IMG/VR virus record: IMGVR_UViG_3300037408_000437
Coordinates: 3,897 to 67,896 of that record
Strand: one strand, 5' to 3'
DNA from: a virus
Lineage: Duplodnaviria > Caudoviricetes
Length of the DNA: 64,000 nt
The number at the start of each line of letters is the position of its first letter. Position 1 is the stretch's first letter. This document shows, one piece after another, positions 9,901 through 18,118 of the stretch. A model generated the notes under the pieces. It did not search any database, was not told where the DNA came from, and saw only the letters and a program-made list of their open reading frames with translations. The translations under genes and the position numbers were made by a program.

Positions 9901-12900
9901 ATCAGAGCTTCATTGAACAATGCTTGGTTGTCTAAAGCGAATCGTGCCTGATCCACCATCGCTCGAAGAATGACGGGGTTAGTGCGTAGCGCCTTGGCGA
10001 CTTCTCCACTCAACCAGCTCGCGGGAGATGTACCAGCGGGAGCCGACTGTTCGATAGCCGCGACCAGCGCATCCCGGTATTTGGCGTCCAGTTTGGAGAA
10101 TAACCCGTTATTAACGAGATATCGGGCAAACGCATTAGGTAGGGTGTCGGGGCCGTCGTAATAAAGCCCAGCATCCATCCAATCGTAGGCGCCACGAAAC
10201 TCATCTTGATCTATCAAGTTCGCGAATGGGGTAACGATCCCACCCCCATCCATGTCCATCGCTTCCGGCACGACAGGAACTTCTTCAAGACCAAACACAG
10301 TCCTCCACCCATATAGCCACCGCCCGTCGTTACCGTCAAGCGTAATAGGGTCTTTCTGGCGTAGTTTGCGCCACTGTTCCCACCCTTTCCGAAACTTATC
10401 CAGGTCCATCAGTTTCTGGGCGTTGTCTATCCGGTCTTTTGCCGTGGCCGGCGGCCCAGGATTATCCGCAACGTATTCCAAAAACTGGGTTTTGATCGTG
10501 GCGAAGTCATCGACTTCCTCAAACAGCCGGCTCAGTTCACGCATCCACGCCCGGCGCGAATCAGTAAGCCCTGGCAGGGCTCCGAGCAGGTCGTTCAACT
10601 CCTGTTTGGCTTTCGGGCCGAGCTGCTGCCGTTCGAGCTGTAACCCCTGCTGGTAGCCCACCGCCGTACCGAAAGTCTTAGCGATGGTGGCCGCGCCGAT
10701 CAGGTCGGTCAGAGCGTTGGCCAGCTCCGGAGCCTGAACGCCCCAGGCGGCTTTCAGTTGCTGAGCGGTGAGCTGACTGAACTTAGCCAGCTCCGTGTGC
10801 CGGCGCGGACTGAACCAGGGGTATTGCTGGTCAAGCGCAAGTCGGCCTTGGGCGATTATCTGGGAAACCAGCTTGGTGCGAGTTACCTCGTCCGGCAACT
10901 TCCGCGCCGCCGCGTCGGCCTGCTCCAGCGCCTTGGCCCAGCGGTCGTAGACGGCCCAGGCGTCGAGGGAAACCACGGAGGCGTTCATCAGGTCGCGGGC
11001 CGCTCGCACTTGCTCGGTAAAATCCTTCTCACCCACGGCGTACAGCAGGCGTTGCAGCGTGGCGGTGACCTCCGGGAACCAGCCCTGGGTCTCGGCCCAC
11101 CGATGGCGGTTCCGTTCGGCGGCTTCCATCACGAACCGGGCCACGGCGGCGTTCGGGGTCCTGGCGCGCAGCAAGGAACCCTTACCCTGAGTCAGTGCCT
11201 GAATACGCTGGTACAACTGCTTGAACCGGGCCACCAGCCGGTTGATCCATCGCCTGACCAGGGGTTGCTGCTTTTCGAGGAACGTCAGTACCTGCGGGTC
11301 GTTGACTAGCACGCCGGCTATCTGGTCGGCGAGCCACTCCCGTTTGCTCAGGATGTACGGTTCGGTTTGGCCTTCGTCCACCCGCATCAACCGCGCTTTG
11401 GTCTTATCAGACATCTTCGCCGGTTCCCGCAGTTGAACGACGCGGCTGGATGTTTGGATATCCGCCGGGTCCCGGCCGGCTTGCGCTTTGTGCCAGGCCG
11501 CGTAGGCGGCGTCAACCGCATTCTTCACTTCGGGCGAAGCTTCCTCCCAAGCCTTGGTGTGGAGCCAGTGCCCCACCTCATGCCCTATCGTCGTGTAGAT
11601 GACGGTCTGGTTGGCTTTCAACTTCAGATCGTCGGGTCCCGCGCGCTCGCTAATGATCTCCAGATAATCGGGGTTGATCCAGAGAGCCGGCGTCGGTCCC
11701 GCCGGGTCCAGCGCCGCTGCCCCCGCTTCGCTCACGCCCTGGGCTTTCATAGCGTCGGTCAGCGCGGACGTAACCATCAGGTCGGGCAAGCCCAGCAGCC
11801 GGGTCAGGTCGTTGACGAACGCTTTGGCTTTCGCATGGCCCCTGGAAACCTCGGCCCTCGTGTAGACGCGTTGAGGAGCGGCAGGCGTAGGAGCGGCAGG
11901 CGTAGGAGCGGCAGGCGTAGGAGCGGCAGGCGTAGGAGCGGCAGGCGTAGGAGCGGCAGGCGCAGGAGCGGCAGGCGCAGGAGCGGCAGGCGTAGGAGCG
12001 GCGCCTAACTCTGCAAGTTTCTTTTGTAAATATGCAAAGGTCTTTGGCGCTGAAGTATCGAGCTTAGCTAGACCTGTACCAAGCCCATCTTCTGGGAGTA
12101 CAACTGAGGCCGTAGCAGGAATTTTAGCGAAAGCTTCGTCGATAGCTTTAATATTCTGATCGTACTCAGCGTCTGTCATAAACGCCGACGGTTCCATTGT
12201 AGGAGCTTTCTTTGTTGGTACGCCTATCGCATTAGGTTCTCCGCGCATCTCCTTGGCTTGGCCCCCAAACCCAACCCGACGAAGATTATCTCCAAACAGG
12301 TAAATAGTTTTAGGGTTAGCTTTAAGATCGTTACGAGTAATCCACTTTTGGTTAGCTACTTTACGCGTAGGAACGGTAGGCGTAGGAGCAGTAACGGGTT
12401 CAAGAGTCGGCGCGCGGTAGGGGTAGCCGTTTTGGTCTAAGTACTCTCGCTCGGGTTCGGCAGTAGCAGGCGTGGGAGCGGCGGGCGCTTGCTCCGTTAA
12501 CGCCGCTGTAAGGGCCGTATTAACGAATTGTTCGATGCCGGGCTGGCTTTTTTCTCGGTGCCCGGCAATATTTAATGTCTTAACTCCGGTTTGTTTAACG
12601 AAGTTCCATATCTCCCTAGCTGCCTGATGTGGGTCGCGAGATGTAATAACCAATACAGGTCGGTGCCCATCTAGTTTGGTTTGTAGCGCGCCGTTTTGCC
12701 ATTTTCCGGTTTGCGCAAAACCTATTGTCTTAGAAGTACCTACACTAGGACCCCAAACAAATGCTATGGTAGCTTCAGCATCGTTGACATTTTGAATAGT
12801 ACGAGGTACGTAATTATCGCTACTATGTTCTTTAAGGCCGAATTCCGCCCCGTATTCAGGGCGAGCGCCTTCATCAGTACGCCAACCTTTTGGTATGGTA

Positions 12901-15900
12901 CCACCTGTTTCTACCCCCAAAGCCTTAGCAGCCTTTAGGCCACCTAAATCACCCCCTGTCTGCCCTCCTGAGATAATTCGAACGACTCCTAGTTTATTAG
13001 TAGCAGCAGGCGTAGGAGCGGCAGGCGTGGCAGTGGGTAGTTGAGCTAGTACTTCAGCAAGCCTTTGCTGGGTCGGCCACTCCTCACCCCAACGAGTGCC
13101 TCGGATGTTTCCCGCGCCCTTGGCTTTTTTCTCCCCCACCAGAGCTCGGGCAAACCCGGAAGCATGGACATCTCGACTTTCCACCCCAGAGAAAAACCGC
13201 GCGCCGAGCGCATCCAGGCTTTGGAGCAAGGAGGGTCGGATGATCTTGCTCAGCTCGGCCTTCAACGCGTCGGACAAAAGCGGGATGCCGGTATCCCGGT
13301 GTTTTATCCGGCCGGTCTGCGGGTCGGGCGCGGCGCCGGGGATGGGCTCCCGAATAGTGGCGTTCCAGGCAGCGGCCAGATGACGGATGTTGAGCCGCTT
13401 AAACGCGTCCCACTGCTGGTTGTTTAACCAACCAGGCTTGTCACCCCAGCCCTGGCGGGGGCCTTGAGGAACCCCGTTGACGACGTTGGAGAAGACTTTA
13501 TGTTCGGCGAGGTCCTCGATTTCCTTGGGAGTCAGACGGTTTATGGTTTCCGTCCGAACGGCGGCATCGTCGATATCGAAGGGGGTAGTGGGCGCGGTGG
13601 GCGCGGTGGGCGCGCCTGGGGCGACTTGCCCTGTACGATTACTTATGCTACGTTCTGTTTGTCCCAGGTTGTCTCGGAGAATTTCATGGCTAGGCCCCAC
13701 AGAGTCGCTAAGTATAGAAGTATTCGGGTTAACGGCACTTGTAAGCTCGCCCACCGTACTGCCGTTGAGAACCTCGTTGGTAGGTCTTTGCTCCCCACCG
13801 AACATATTCACCATATCGACGGGGATACTCTTAATAACCTGCCCGATAATCTTCTGATTATCAGCCCCTCCGAACATACCAGCTTTCACCACTCTACCAG
13901 AGTTAGACGCATAAGCTGGGATTTCGACCGAGCCTACAAACTCAGGATGAGCGGCTACAGCGTACAGAAGATTGCTAACGAACTCGGGGTTACTAGAGGC
14001 GCTATTTGCGGCGTCTTCAAGCGACGTAAAATTCCTGTTAATGATTGTAGAAAAGACCTTACTTGGGATATTAACACCGCTAGAATCCTTTATCGAAGCG
14101 GAAAGACGGTTAGCGAAATCTCCAATACTATTAATGCCCCGAGAAGCAGCCTCTATCGTGCTCTTAAGCGAGGAGATATCTAAAGGTGGAACAGTCCCAG
14201 CAACATTCGGTGCAGTGGTTGCCCCTGGCGCCCCCACCGTCGGTGGAAGTGGAGATGGTCCGAACGCTGGAGGCGATTCAGGCGGTGGAGGTGTATCTGA
14301 AGTTGGCTCAGATACAGGAGGGCCTGCTTCAGGCGTTGCAGTCGGTTGACGAGGCTGACTGAGGTACGACGCCGCGCCGCCCGGCGCCGCGAACACGCCG
14401 CCGAAGATCATGCCGGCGACGCCGGCCTCCAAATAGCGAGTTCGGTTCTCGGGCGTGGTGAGTCGGTCGAGCAGGGGTACGGACTGGTCGGGGTTTTGTA
14501 GTTCCTGGGTGGCGACGGCAACGATTTCCTGCATCGCTTCGGTGGCACCCTCCGTCCCCATACCGCCTAGTACTCGCTTGGCGACTTCCCCCACCAGCGA
14601 CTTGGCGGCGCCAGTAGCCGCTTCCTCGGTCGCGCCGCCCAGCAGTTTGGCCAGCGGAGCCACGGCGTAATGCAGCGCGGCCGTGTCCAACAAGCCGGCC
14701 ACCGCGCCGCCCGCCAGTGACAGACCGGGGCTGACCTGCTCCGGGCCGTAGGCCTGTTTGGTGTCTTCGTAGATGTGGCCGGCTTCCAACGTGGTCGAAC
14801 CCAGCCAGGCGCCCGGCAGCGCCGCGCGGCCCGCGTACATGCGCCGCAGCCAGGCTTCCGGGTTGGTGGCGACTCGGTGGGCGGCGGCGTAAATCTCGCC
14901 CGGCGACGCGTTGACGCCGGCCGCGCCCAGCCGCTTGACGGCCTGCGCCGCCAGCGTCTTTTCAGCCTGCTTGATCGCCAGCCCCCGCAACATGCCGGCG
15001 CCGGTCGCTTCAGCGGCGCCAGCCACGCCAGCCCGCGCCGCCAGGTTGCCCAGCGCCGCCGTTCCGACGCCGCGCGCCGCCAGCCCAGCCACCGTACCTA
15101 TTCCGGACGTAGCCACGGCGGTGCCCAGCATGGCCAGGGTGCTGGGTACGGCTTCGCCCAGCGTCTCCAGCCCCCACTGCAAGGCGTTGACCTTGCCCTC
15201 CCAGGCGTCCTCCAGAGTACCGACTTTGGGGATGGCCCGCGCCTTGGCGTCGTGCTCCATGTAGCCGGCTTCGCCGGTACGCTGCAACCAGTTGGTAATC
15301 CGGTCACGTAGGGTGAGCTGGTCTTCAGGGAGATTACGAGGCTCGCGCGCTCCTTCGTTGTTCGCCAGCAAATCACCTACCGCCGACACCGTGCCGTAGG
15401 CCCCGGCCATCATGCCTTCGAGCCCGCGCGCCACGCTGGACTTGAGCGCTTCACCAGCCGTGCGGTTCTTCAGATCGAACACCACCGGCTCGGGGATATC
15501 GACCTGCGGCGCCCGGCCCTGGTAAGCGGCGATGGCCCGCTCCCGATAGTCTGGCTCGCTGAGCCGGTTGTAGCGGCGCCGGGACTCGGCGCCAAACGGG
15601 GCTACCGGCGCCTTGTTGTAGTTGGTGGAGGGCGCGACGCCTCGCTCCACCATCTGACCGTACACGCTCCGGCCTTCGGGAGTAATCTCGTCGGCTACCG
15701 TCCGGCCGTACTTGTCCTGACCGTACCGGATGGGTTTGGTGTTCGGGTTCTGCGCGAACAGTTGCGCGGAACGCGCGTAGGCCTCTTGACCTTCGGGGAT
15801 GAGTTGACCGGTTTTCTTATCCTGGAGCTCCGCCGCGTTGACGCCGTAGCCGCGAAATACCTCGCCAGAAGGGCGCGTGAAGGTATCGGCGTCGCGCATC

Positions 15901-16025
15901 ACTCCTTGGGGGGTTGACAACTGACCGTACTCGGTAGGCAGGTCTCCCGGCGTGATAGGAGAAGTCGGGCGCTCGGCAAGCTTGCGAGCGTCCAGTTCGG
16001 CCAGTCGTTCCGCGAAAGTCGGCAT
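3915..16025 (-). CDS. Giant (4036 aa) polyvalent internal-virion/ejection protein with two zincin metallopeptidase motifs, a cpYpsA-SLOG domain and a Macro-like domain
   Basis: Last gene of the structural operon; HEVGH (11568-11582) and HEMGH (6651-6665); RIISGGQTGGD...LNIAGHRE (SLOG); FGDN...G.GGQA...NAIGVPTK...GLGTG (Macro-like); Pro/Ala/Thr linkers. Confidence 0.8.
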   Translation of the reverse strand: MPTFAERLAELDARKLAERPTSPITPGDLPTEYGQLSTPQGVMRDADTFTRPSGEVFRGYGVNAAELQDKKTGQLIPEGQEAYARSAQLFAQNPNTKPIRYGQDKYGRTVADEITPEGRSVYGQMVERGVAPSTNYNKAPVAPFGAESRRRYNRLSEPDYRERAIAAYQGRAPQVDIPEPVVFDLKNRTAGEALKSSVARGLEGMMAGAYGTVSAVGDLLANNEGAREPRNLPEDQLTLRDRITNWLQRTGEAGYMEHDAKARAIPKVGTLEDAWEGKVNALQWGLETLGEAVPSTLAMLGTAVATSGIGTVAGLAARGVGTAALGNLAARAGVAGAAEATGAGMLRGLAIKQAEKTLAAQAVKRLGAAGVNASPGEIYAAAHRVATNPEAWLRRMYAGRAALPGAWLGSTTLEAGHIYEDTKQAYGPEQVSPGLSLAGGAVAGLLDTAALHYAVAPLAKLLGGATEEAATGAAKSLVGEVAKRVLGGMGTEGATEAMQEIVAVATQELQNPDQSVPLLDRLTTPENRTRYLEAGVAGMIFGGVFAAPGGAASYLSQPRQPTATPEAGPPVSEPTSDTPPPPESPPAFGPSPLPPTVGAPGATTAPNVAGTVPPLDISSLKSTIEAASRGINSIGDFANRLSASIKDSSGVNIPSKVFSTIINRNFTSLEDAANSASSNPEFVSNLLYAVAAHPEFVGSVEIPAYASNSGRVVKAGMFGGADNQKIIGQVIKSIPVDMVNMFGGEQRPTNEVLNGSTVGELTSAVNPNTSILSDSVGPSHEILRDNLGQTERSISNRTGQVAPGAPTAPTAPTTPFDIDDAAVRTETINRLTPKEIEDLAEHKVFSNVVNGVPQGPRQGWGDKPGWLNNQQWDAFKRLNIRHLAAAWNATIREPIPGAAPDPQTGRIKHRDTGIPLLSDALKAELSKIIRPSLLQSLDALGARFFSGVESRDVHASGFARALVGEKKAKGAGNIRGTRWGEEWPTQQRLAEVLAQLPTATPAAPTPAATNKLGVVRIISGGQTGGDLGGLKAAKALGVETGGTIPKGWRTDEGARPEYGAEFGLKEHSSDNYVPRTIQNVNDAEATIAFVWGPSVGTSKTIGFAQTGKWQNGALQTKLDGHRPVLVITSRDPHQAAREIWNFVKQTGVKTLNIAGHREKSQPGIEQFVNTALTAALTEQAPAAPTPATAEPEREYLDQNGYPYRAPTLEPVTAPTPTVPTRKVANQKWITRNDLKANPKTIYLFGDNLRRVGFGGQAKEMRGEPNAIGVPTKKAPTMEPSAFMTDAEYDQNIKAIDEAFAKIPATASVVLPEDGLGTGLAKLDTSAPKTFAYLQKKLAELGAAPTPAAPAPAAPAPAAPTPAAPTPAAPTPAAPTPAAPTPAAPQRVYTRAEVSRGHAKAKAFVNDLTRLLGLPDLMVTSALTDAMKAQGVSEAGAAALDPAGPTPALWINPDYLEIISERAGPDDLKLKANQTVIYTTIGHEVGHWLHTKAWEEASPEVKNAVDAAYAAWHKAQAGRDPADIQTSSRVVQLREPAKMSDKTKARLMRVDEGQTEPYILSKREWLADQIAGVLVNDPQVLTFLEKQQPLVRRWINRLVARFKQLYQRIQALTQGKGSLLRARTPNAAVARFVMEAAERNRHRWAETQGWFPEVTATLQRLLYAVGEKDFTEQVRAARDLMNASVVSLDAWAVYDRWAKALEQADAAARKLPDEVTRTKLVSQIIAQGRLALDQQYPWFSPRRHTELAKFSQLTAQQLKAAWGVQAPELANALTDLIGAATIAKTFGTAVGYQQGLQLERQQLGPKAKQELNDLLGALPGLTDSRRAWMRELSRLFEEVDDFATIKTQFLEYVADNPGPPATAKDRIDNAQKLMDLDKFRKGWEQWRKLRQKDPITLDGNDGRWLYGWRTVFGLEEVPVVPEAMDMDGGGIVTPFANLIDQDEFRGAYDWMDAGLYYDGPDTLPNAFARYLVNNGLFSKLDAKYRDALVAAIEQSAPAGTSPASWLSGEVAKALRTNPVILRAMVDQARFALDNQALFNEALISAIVAKPTERANPTVNAALERLLADQLGGGYVTKLRTAVGLSGVTSEFLPVLQMRALGADGKYTVVKHVLTALARVDDRQNLEAVMQELVVDPDVAPEDLRTARLAYQDLLGERVSSEQFLRTLVNLYEALQRKESNELTVEDLVNERRSQEADQERYEEMVPLSDEDGGLLEAIPEESDFVDTNVVDALRYDDDLETQERPDTLSHALALRSTVFETAGKNTRDRQGQVYSRVEAIPLGDELDSGSLLNAGGTRSLDLKGARMGERFDASYGNPLFEALPAAMQHVLMTRTLMLNQAGLDVKFELAQHRIPDGRQIVYVKETAKPGPDADLVRMEGGLSRATLDSLATLVEERRRSTSRMAESSKRNSGVVFSTGANLKHPLIQRMVGAMEQALASAKQTVDDWRGLDFTDPATRHKLQGLVLEVDKALEDDPLIGGKRRLTEGAKDFGRSLLAAMGFDNAVFFEGKVQFRNDQGFLENLDDLIDPKLDKKKSPAQRAKDKARYESLVKDPSRLETQGRGMVIINKTLAEQMGIPLYTYQKPRTKRTVTENYHAIKVDNFGGIIDLFVRAYLKYHENDASHLTTGASAELTLDDVVKVGYTAMRGLDAVSGTHMDRIAALVKGFEVLRTKLAHSLRPMPTETHTQLVDKKDAKNQPVYLKNLDGSIRKDKDDKPVPAKMWKYQTTDGIKTDLSLVDFDNLPENSPLRGWILKYDPKTREFVTVGDVLEVKSSIKGLIKEIATLQNEAAALTEDLSELERQFQKTVRRRQEASDREAMGFPAKEDDVFLLNNPDVLARFVGKLRNVFLNRNAKLRLARSKITEVREVYQDRTLRDDNALNDSEAVLDLLERAGIKDPAWDRSAADDQRLYGEEWRQIEYRVQKTSKELGRLSGEEPSATLRTMPGEGKLEGSEVAARPPEVKPEPKTVTPEQRAEASKAKVEAERHYQDWLDNNPILSESEWFKVKQKPLPTAQPVSANEFTAEQTTELRGEFNWMMSELGIPTAVLQHIDLLRMARERGETPTFRQLLDELALTEQADEIVAMAQNDPYFTVYKDDVPHVYLITQGEDYDTVRGKLAHEMGHVFYRTNLSDLKKATGGKQAAVWKQLVKEATGGQPRIALISDDLMVDEYVASRMQRILLGLDKPVEVKGPPMVRKFIDYLLGRLQAFYDKLFGKTGRAKTKDSKQFVDNFLSGVLATIQYRNAVMQQNGVLSDLKEGMETLLNATPDYSPGIRYYAGQKLLESTRAGKFIADRARGVWRHARSLHHHITKTLDARLRSELDPNGKPLAALTALADLIVRAPGAAAPAPYTYRDMTIDFARQSRYFEGFRPAWLRQAAGKALWVNEAFDNLTDSQKQDLMRRYVVARDTNQLATAPVEVKNLAKLFERLKDYYKDVLNSHVGSQSTELPRIWNKDALTANKQDFLDMLTIKYAWKPAEAEEVYNHLLTEVSLYRGEDYSFYAPHLALARLNSDLASVNDIDLLPFLRVTTEPEATMKEYATQLIKRVEFERRFAAWVVIPTNGSVDYSLQGSVPALHDPAKHGNLYWDSNENSWMSQKGTDKFKVRWDQTVKLRILYNAALAEGATPSQLRFMIKAMDAVLGRAGADFDPNLRRLSSLIVTGMNWALLPLAVTTNLAGLAVPAIRANGAMGASWRGLTTALGEMRKEGELYQIATANGVVMDNLRGLYGRAYLDTPFMDQTFRKLNDTFFRYNGMEWLDNLTRLTAFATGIEWFKGLAVKPGAESDALLKQFGLTHAVLTKWLDPNGLNGKLTAPPPNPAHTPQQKAEQKAQETTAYKIQVALNQFVAESAMHPDATQRPLWASHPAAMVVWHLKSFLWSYGHVVMGRMLREYQRADSYGKKVLILALPWALMVPLAMLGTVVREEIRDGLWGKPARREKEPEDYAMDILSRTGLLGPLQLALDANRSAGYGTPVYTALLGPFATSMDQMIRKIGGAGEGRLAQETTDAILRISPIIGALPDTRRALLEQMFR
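11875..12003. repeat. 15-bp tandem repeat, 8 full units plus a partial, encoding a (PAAPT/PAAPA)n linker
   Basis: GGAGCGGCAGGCG(T/C)A units read directly. Confidence 0.95.
13626..13654 (+). promoter_or_regulatory. Sigma70-like promoter for the nested HNH gene
   Basis: TTGCCC-17 bp-TACGTT with an extended -10 TG; GGAGA RBS at 13676-13680. Confidence 0.5.
13686..14183 (+). CDS. HNH homing endonuclease with C-terminal HTH repeats, nested antisense inside the giant gene
   Basis: AHR...EHIHHIDGDTLNNLPDNLLIISPSEHTSFH HNH core plus two HTH-like segments (YSVQKIANELGVTRGAI; KTVSEISNTINAPRSSLYR); RBS 5 nt before the ATG. Confidence 0.85.
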   Translation: MARPHRVAKYRSIRVNGTCKLAHRTAVENLVGRSLLPTEHIHHIDGDTLNNLPDNLLIISPSEHTSFHHSTRVRRISWDFDRAYKLRMSGYSVQKIANELGVTRGAICGVFKRRKIPVNDCRKDLTWDINTARILYRSGKTVSEISNTINAPRSSLYRALKRGDI

Positions 16026-16038
16026 GGATCAAACCTCG

Positions 16039-17832
16039 TTATGGTGCGTTCGCACCGAAATACCGCTGGAATCCCTCACCCGCGTTGGGGTCGCTAAACC
16101 ACCCGCCCGTACCTTCGTAGGCCTTACGCCAAGCGTCTAGTTGTAAATAGTCGTTGTCGGTCAGTGAATTGTTGTTGATCCGGTCTACGACGCCTGGAAT
16201 GGCTTGATTTAGCTGAGCGAGTTGCTTGCCCTCCAACCCACCCGAACCTACCATTCTTCTGGCGAAGCTTTGGATCGCGGCAGGTTGCGCCGCGCCCTTG
16301 GTCGCCTCCAGAACATTCAACCCCTGCGTCTCCTTGGCGACTTTCTGTCCGAGCTCGCGTAGGTCCTTCTGTTCGGCGTACTTCTGCTGATACGCATCCT
16401 TGCTTTGGGTGTACTCGTCGTTGGCTAGACTCCGTTGGAGCTGCCGTTCCTGAAGCCCGAGCTGAGCCTGCTGGTTCGCCCAGTTGCTGGCGAACTGCGC
16501 CGCGCCGCGCGCGTTCTCGGCGCCAGCCTTCGTTTCTTCTCCCTGAAGCCCCTTATCAGCCAAGTAAGCCTCACCAATTTGCTTGGCCGCCAGCCGGCCT
16601 GCTTTACCGCCGGCCCCGAACCGTCGGGCCGTGTCTACCGCCCCCACCATACGGTCGGCCACCACGTTGGCCGGCGTGTCGCGGTTGATGACCCGGCCGC
16701 TGGCCACGTCCAGCTTATCCGGCCCGCCGCCGATCACGTCCGTACCAAAGCTAGCCCTGGGAGACCTGGCCTCGTTCAGTTCGCGCATGGCGTCGGTAGC
16801 CCGATTCAACCGGGCTACTTCCGCCTGGGTGGCCTGGTCCTGCTCGGCGCGAGCTTGCAGATTGCGAGCGGCTTCCGCGTCGGTGGCGGCGCCGGTCCAG
16901 ATTTGTCTGGTGCGTGCATTACCGCCTACTACATCGGCGCCATAGGGGTTCTCCGCAGGAACCCGGCTAGCGATGCCGGCGACCCGTTCCTTATCAGTTT
17001 TAGGCGGAATCTGAGCTTCCCCGGTAAACCGTCGTAACGTCGCGGTGCCTTCAGGACGGGTTGCGGTAATGGTAGCGGGCCTGATGTTTTCCATGTATTT
17101 CGCTGCTGGCTGCATTCCAAGAGGTAAGGTTGGCTTCGTAGGCGGGGCAGCGGGTTCGACGGGCGGAAGTGTTTTCGCGGGGGTTGAGGGCGTAGCCAGA
17201 TTCCCGATCATCCGAGGCGAGGCACTGGCTTCCGTAGCCGTCGGAACTTTATCCTTATTAAGCGCGTTTACAGTCTCAGTAATCGAACCTACGCCGAACG
17301 GGTTATCAGCGACTTTAGCTAGGTTCTCCTGTACGGTATTAGCTAATCCTTGCCAAAACCCTTGCCCGGATTCCATTTTAGCCTGGGTTCTGCCGGCGGT
17401 ATCCAGCGCCCCTCGCGCTAGTTCCAAGCCAGTAACTGCTTTACCTGCGGTACTACCAAACCGAGTTAGCGCAGCGGGCGGCGCAGCGGGCGGCGCAGCG
17501 GGCGGCGCAGCGGGCGGCGCAGGGGGTCCTATAAACGACCGTGCGGAGTTGGACGGTAAACCTCCAGCTACCCTACTAGCCTGCTGCATAGTTTTAACCT
17601 GCGCGATGCCTGCGGCGTTAGAATTAGACGGCGTAACCGGTGGAGGCGTAAAAGACCCAGCCAGTGGCTTAACTTGATTTAAGTTAAGACTTCCTTGAGC
17701 GGGGGGTGGGGCAGGCGGCTGAGCCGGGGCGCGAAAGTTTAGAAGCCCTTGGGCAGGCGGCGTAACCGGCGGGGGAGGGGTTACTGTAGGGTTAATCCCT
17801 TGTTTAAAGGGTGGCTTTGGTCTTTTGGCCAT
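16039..17832 (-). CDS. Probable internal virion / DNA ejection protein
   Basis: 597 aa, Ala/Pro/Gly-rich, immediately upstream of the giant gene. Confidence 0.55.
   Translation of the reverse strand: MAKRPKPPFKQGINPTVTPPPPVTPPAQGLLNFRAPAQPPAPPPAQGSLNLNQVKPLAGSFTPPPVTPSNSNAAGIAQVKTMQQASRVAGGLPSNSARSFIGPPAPPAAPPAAPPAAPPAALTRFGSTAGKAVTGLELARGALDTAGRTQAKMESGQGFWQGLANTVQENLAKVADNPFGVGSITETVNALNKDKVPTATEASASPRMIGNLATPSTPAKTLPPVEPAAPPTKPTLPLGMQPAAKYMENIRPATITATRPEGTATLRRFTGEAQIPPKTDKERVAGIASRVPAENPYGADVVGGNARTRQIWTGAATDAEAARNLQARAEQDQATQAEVARLNRATDAMRELNEARSPRASFGTDVIGGGPDKLDVASGRVINRDTPANVVADRMVGAVDTARRFGAGGKAGRLAAKQIGEAYLADKGLQGEETKAGAENARGAAQFASNWANQQAQLGLQERQLQRSLANDEYTQSKDAYQQKYAEQKDLRELGQKVAKETQGLNVLEATKGAAQPAAIQSFARRMVGSGGLEGKQLAQLNQAIPGVVDRINNNSLTDNDYLQLDAWRKAYEGTGGWFSDPNAGEGFQRYFGANAP
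17469..17522. repeat. 12-bp tandem repeat x4 (PPAA linker)
   Basis: GCGCAGCGGGCG units. Confidence 0.9.
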
Positions 17833-17867
17833 GATGGCGCCTTTAGTAAAGGGTTAACGGGGGTTAC

Positions 17868-18095
17868 TTAAATGTCGTCCAGTTGTTTCTTACGGCGGGT
17901 TATCGAGCCTCGGACCGTATCTCGTCCGGGGACATTTAGAAAATCCGCCGCCATGTTGGCCTTCTGTCGAGTAGACGGCGCGGCTATGGTTTTAGGTGCA
18001 ACCGCTGCTACTTTTGGGCTGGGAGGGGTCTTTTTAGACTCGTCATAGGCCCGCTTCGCTTTGATACCAGCACCGATAAGTTTACCTATTGGCAT
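17868..18095 (-). CDS. Small basic protein, probably virion-associated
   Basis: 75 aa, Lys/Arg-rich, GAGGTG RBS. Confidence 0.55.
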   Translation of the reverse strand: MPIGKLIGAGIKAKRAYDESKKTPPSPKVAAVAPKTIAAPSTRQKANMAADFLNVPGRDTVRGSITRRKKQLDDI

Positions 18096-18118
18096 AAATC
18101 ACCTCATACAAGTTTACA

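Noticed and set aside
13464-13685. N-terminal 74 aa of the listed 239-aa ORF
   Set aside because: Gly/Arg-rich antisense of a linker; the promoter and RBS point to ATG 13686
3915-16025. Giant gene as an N4-type virion RNA polymerase or DarB-type methylase-helicase
   Set aside because: I found no RNA polymerase catalytic motifs, SAM-binding motif or helicase Walker motifs
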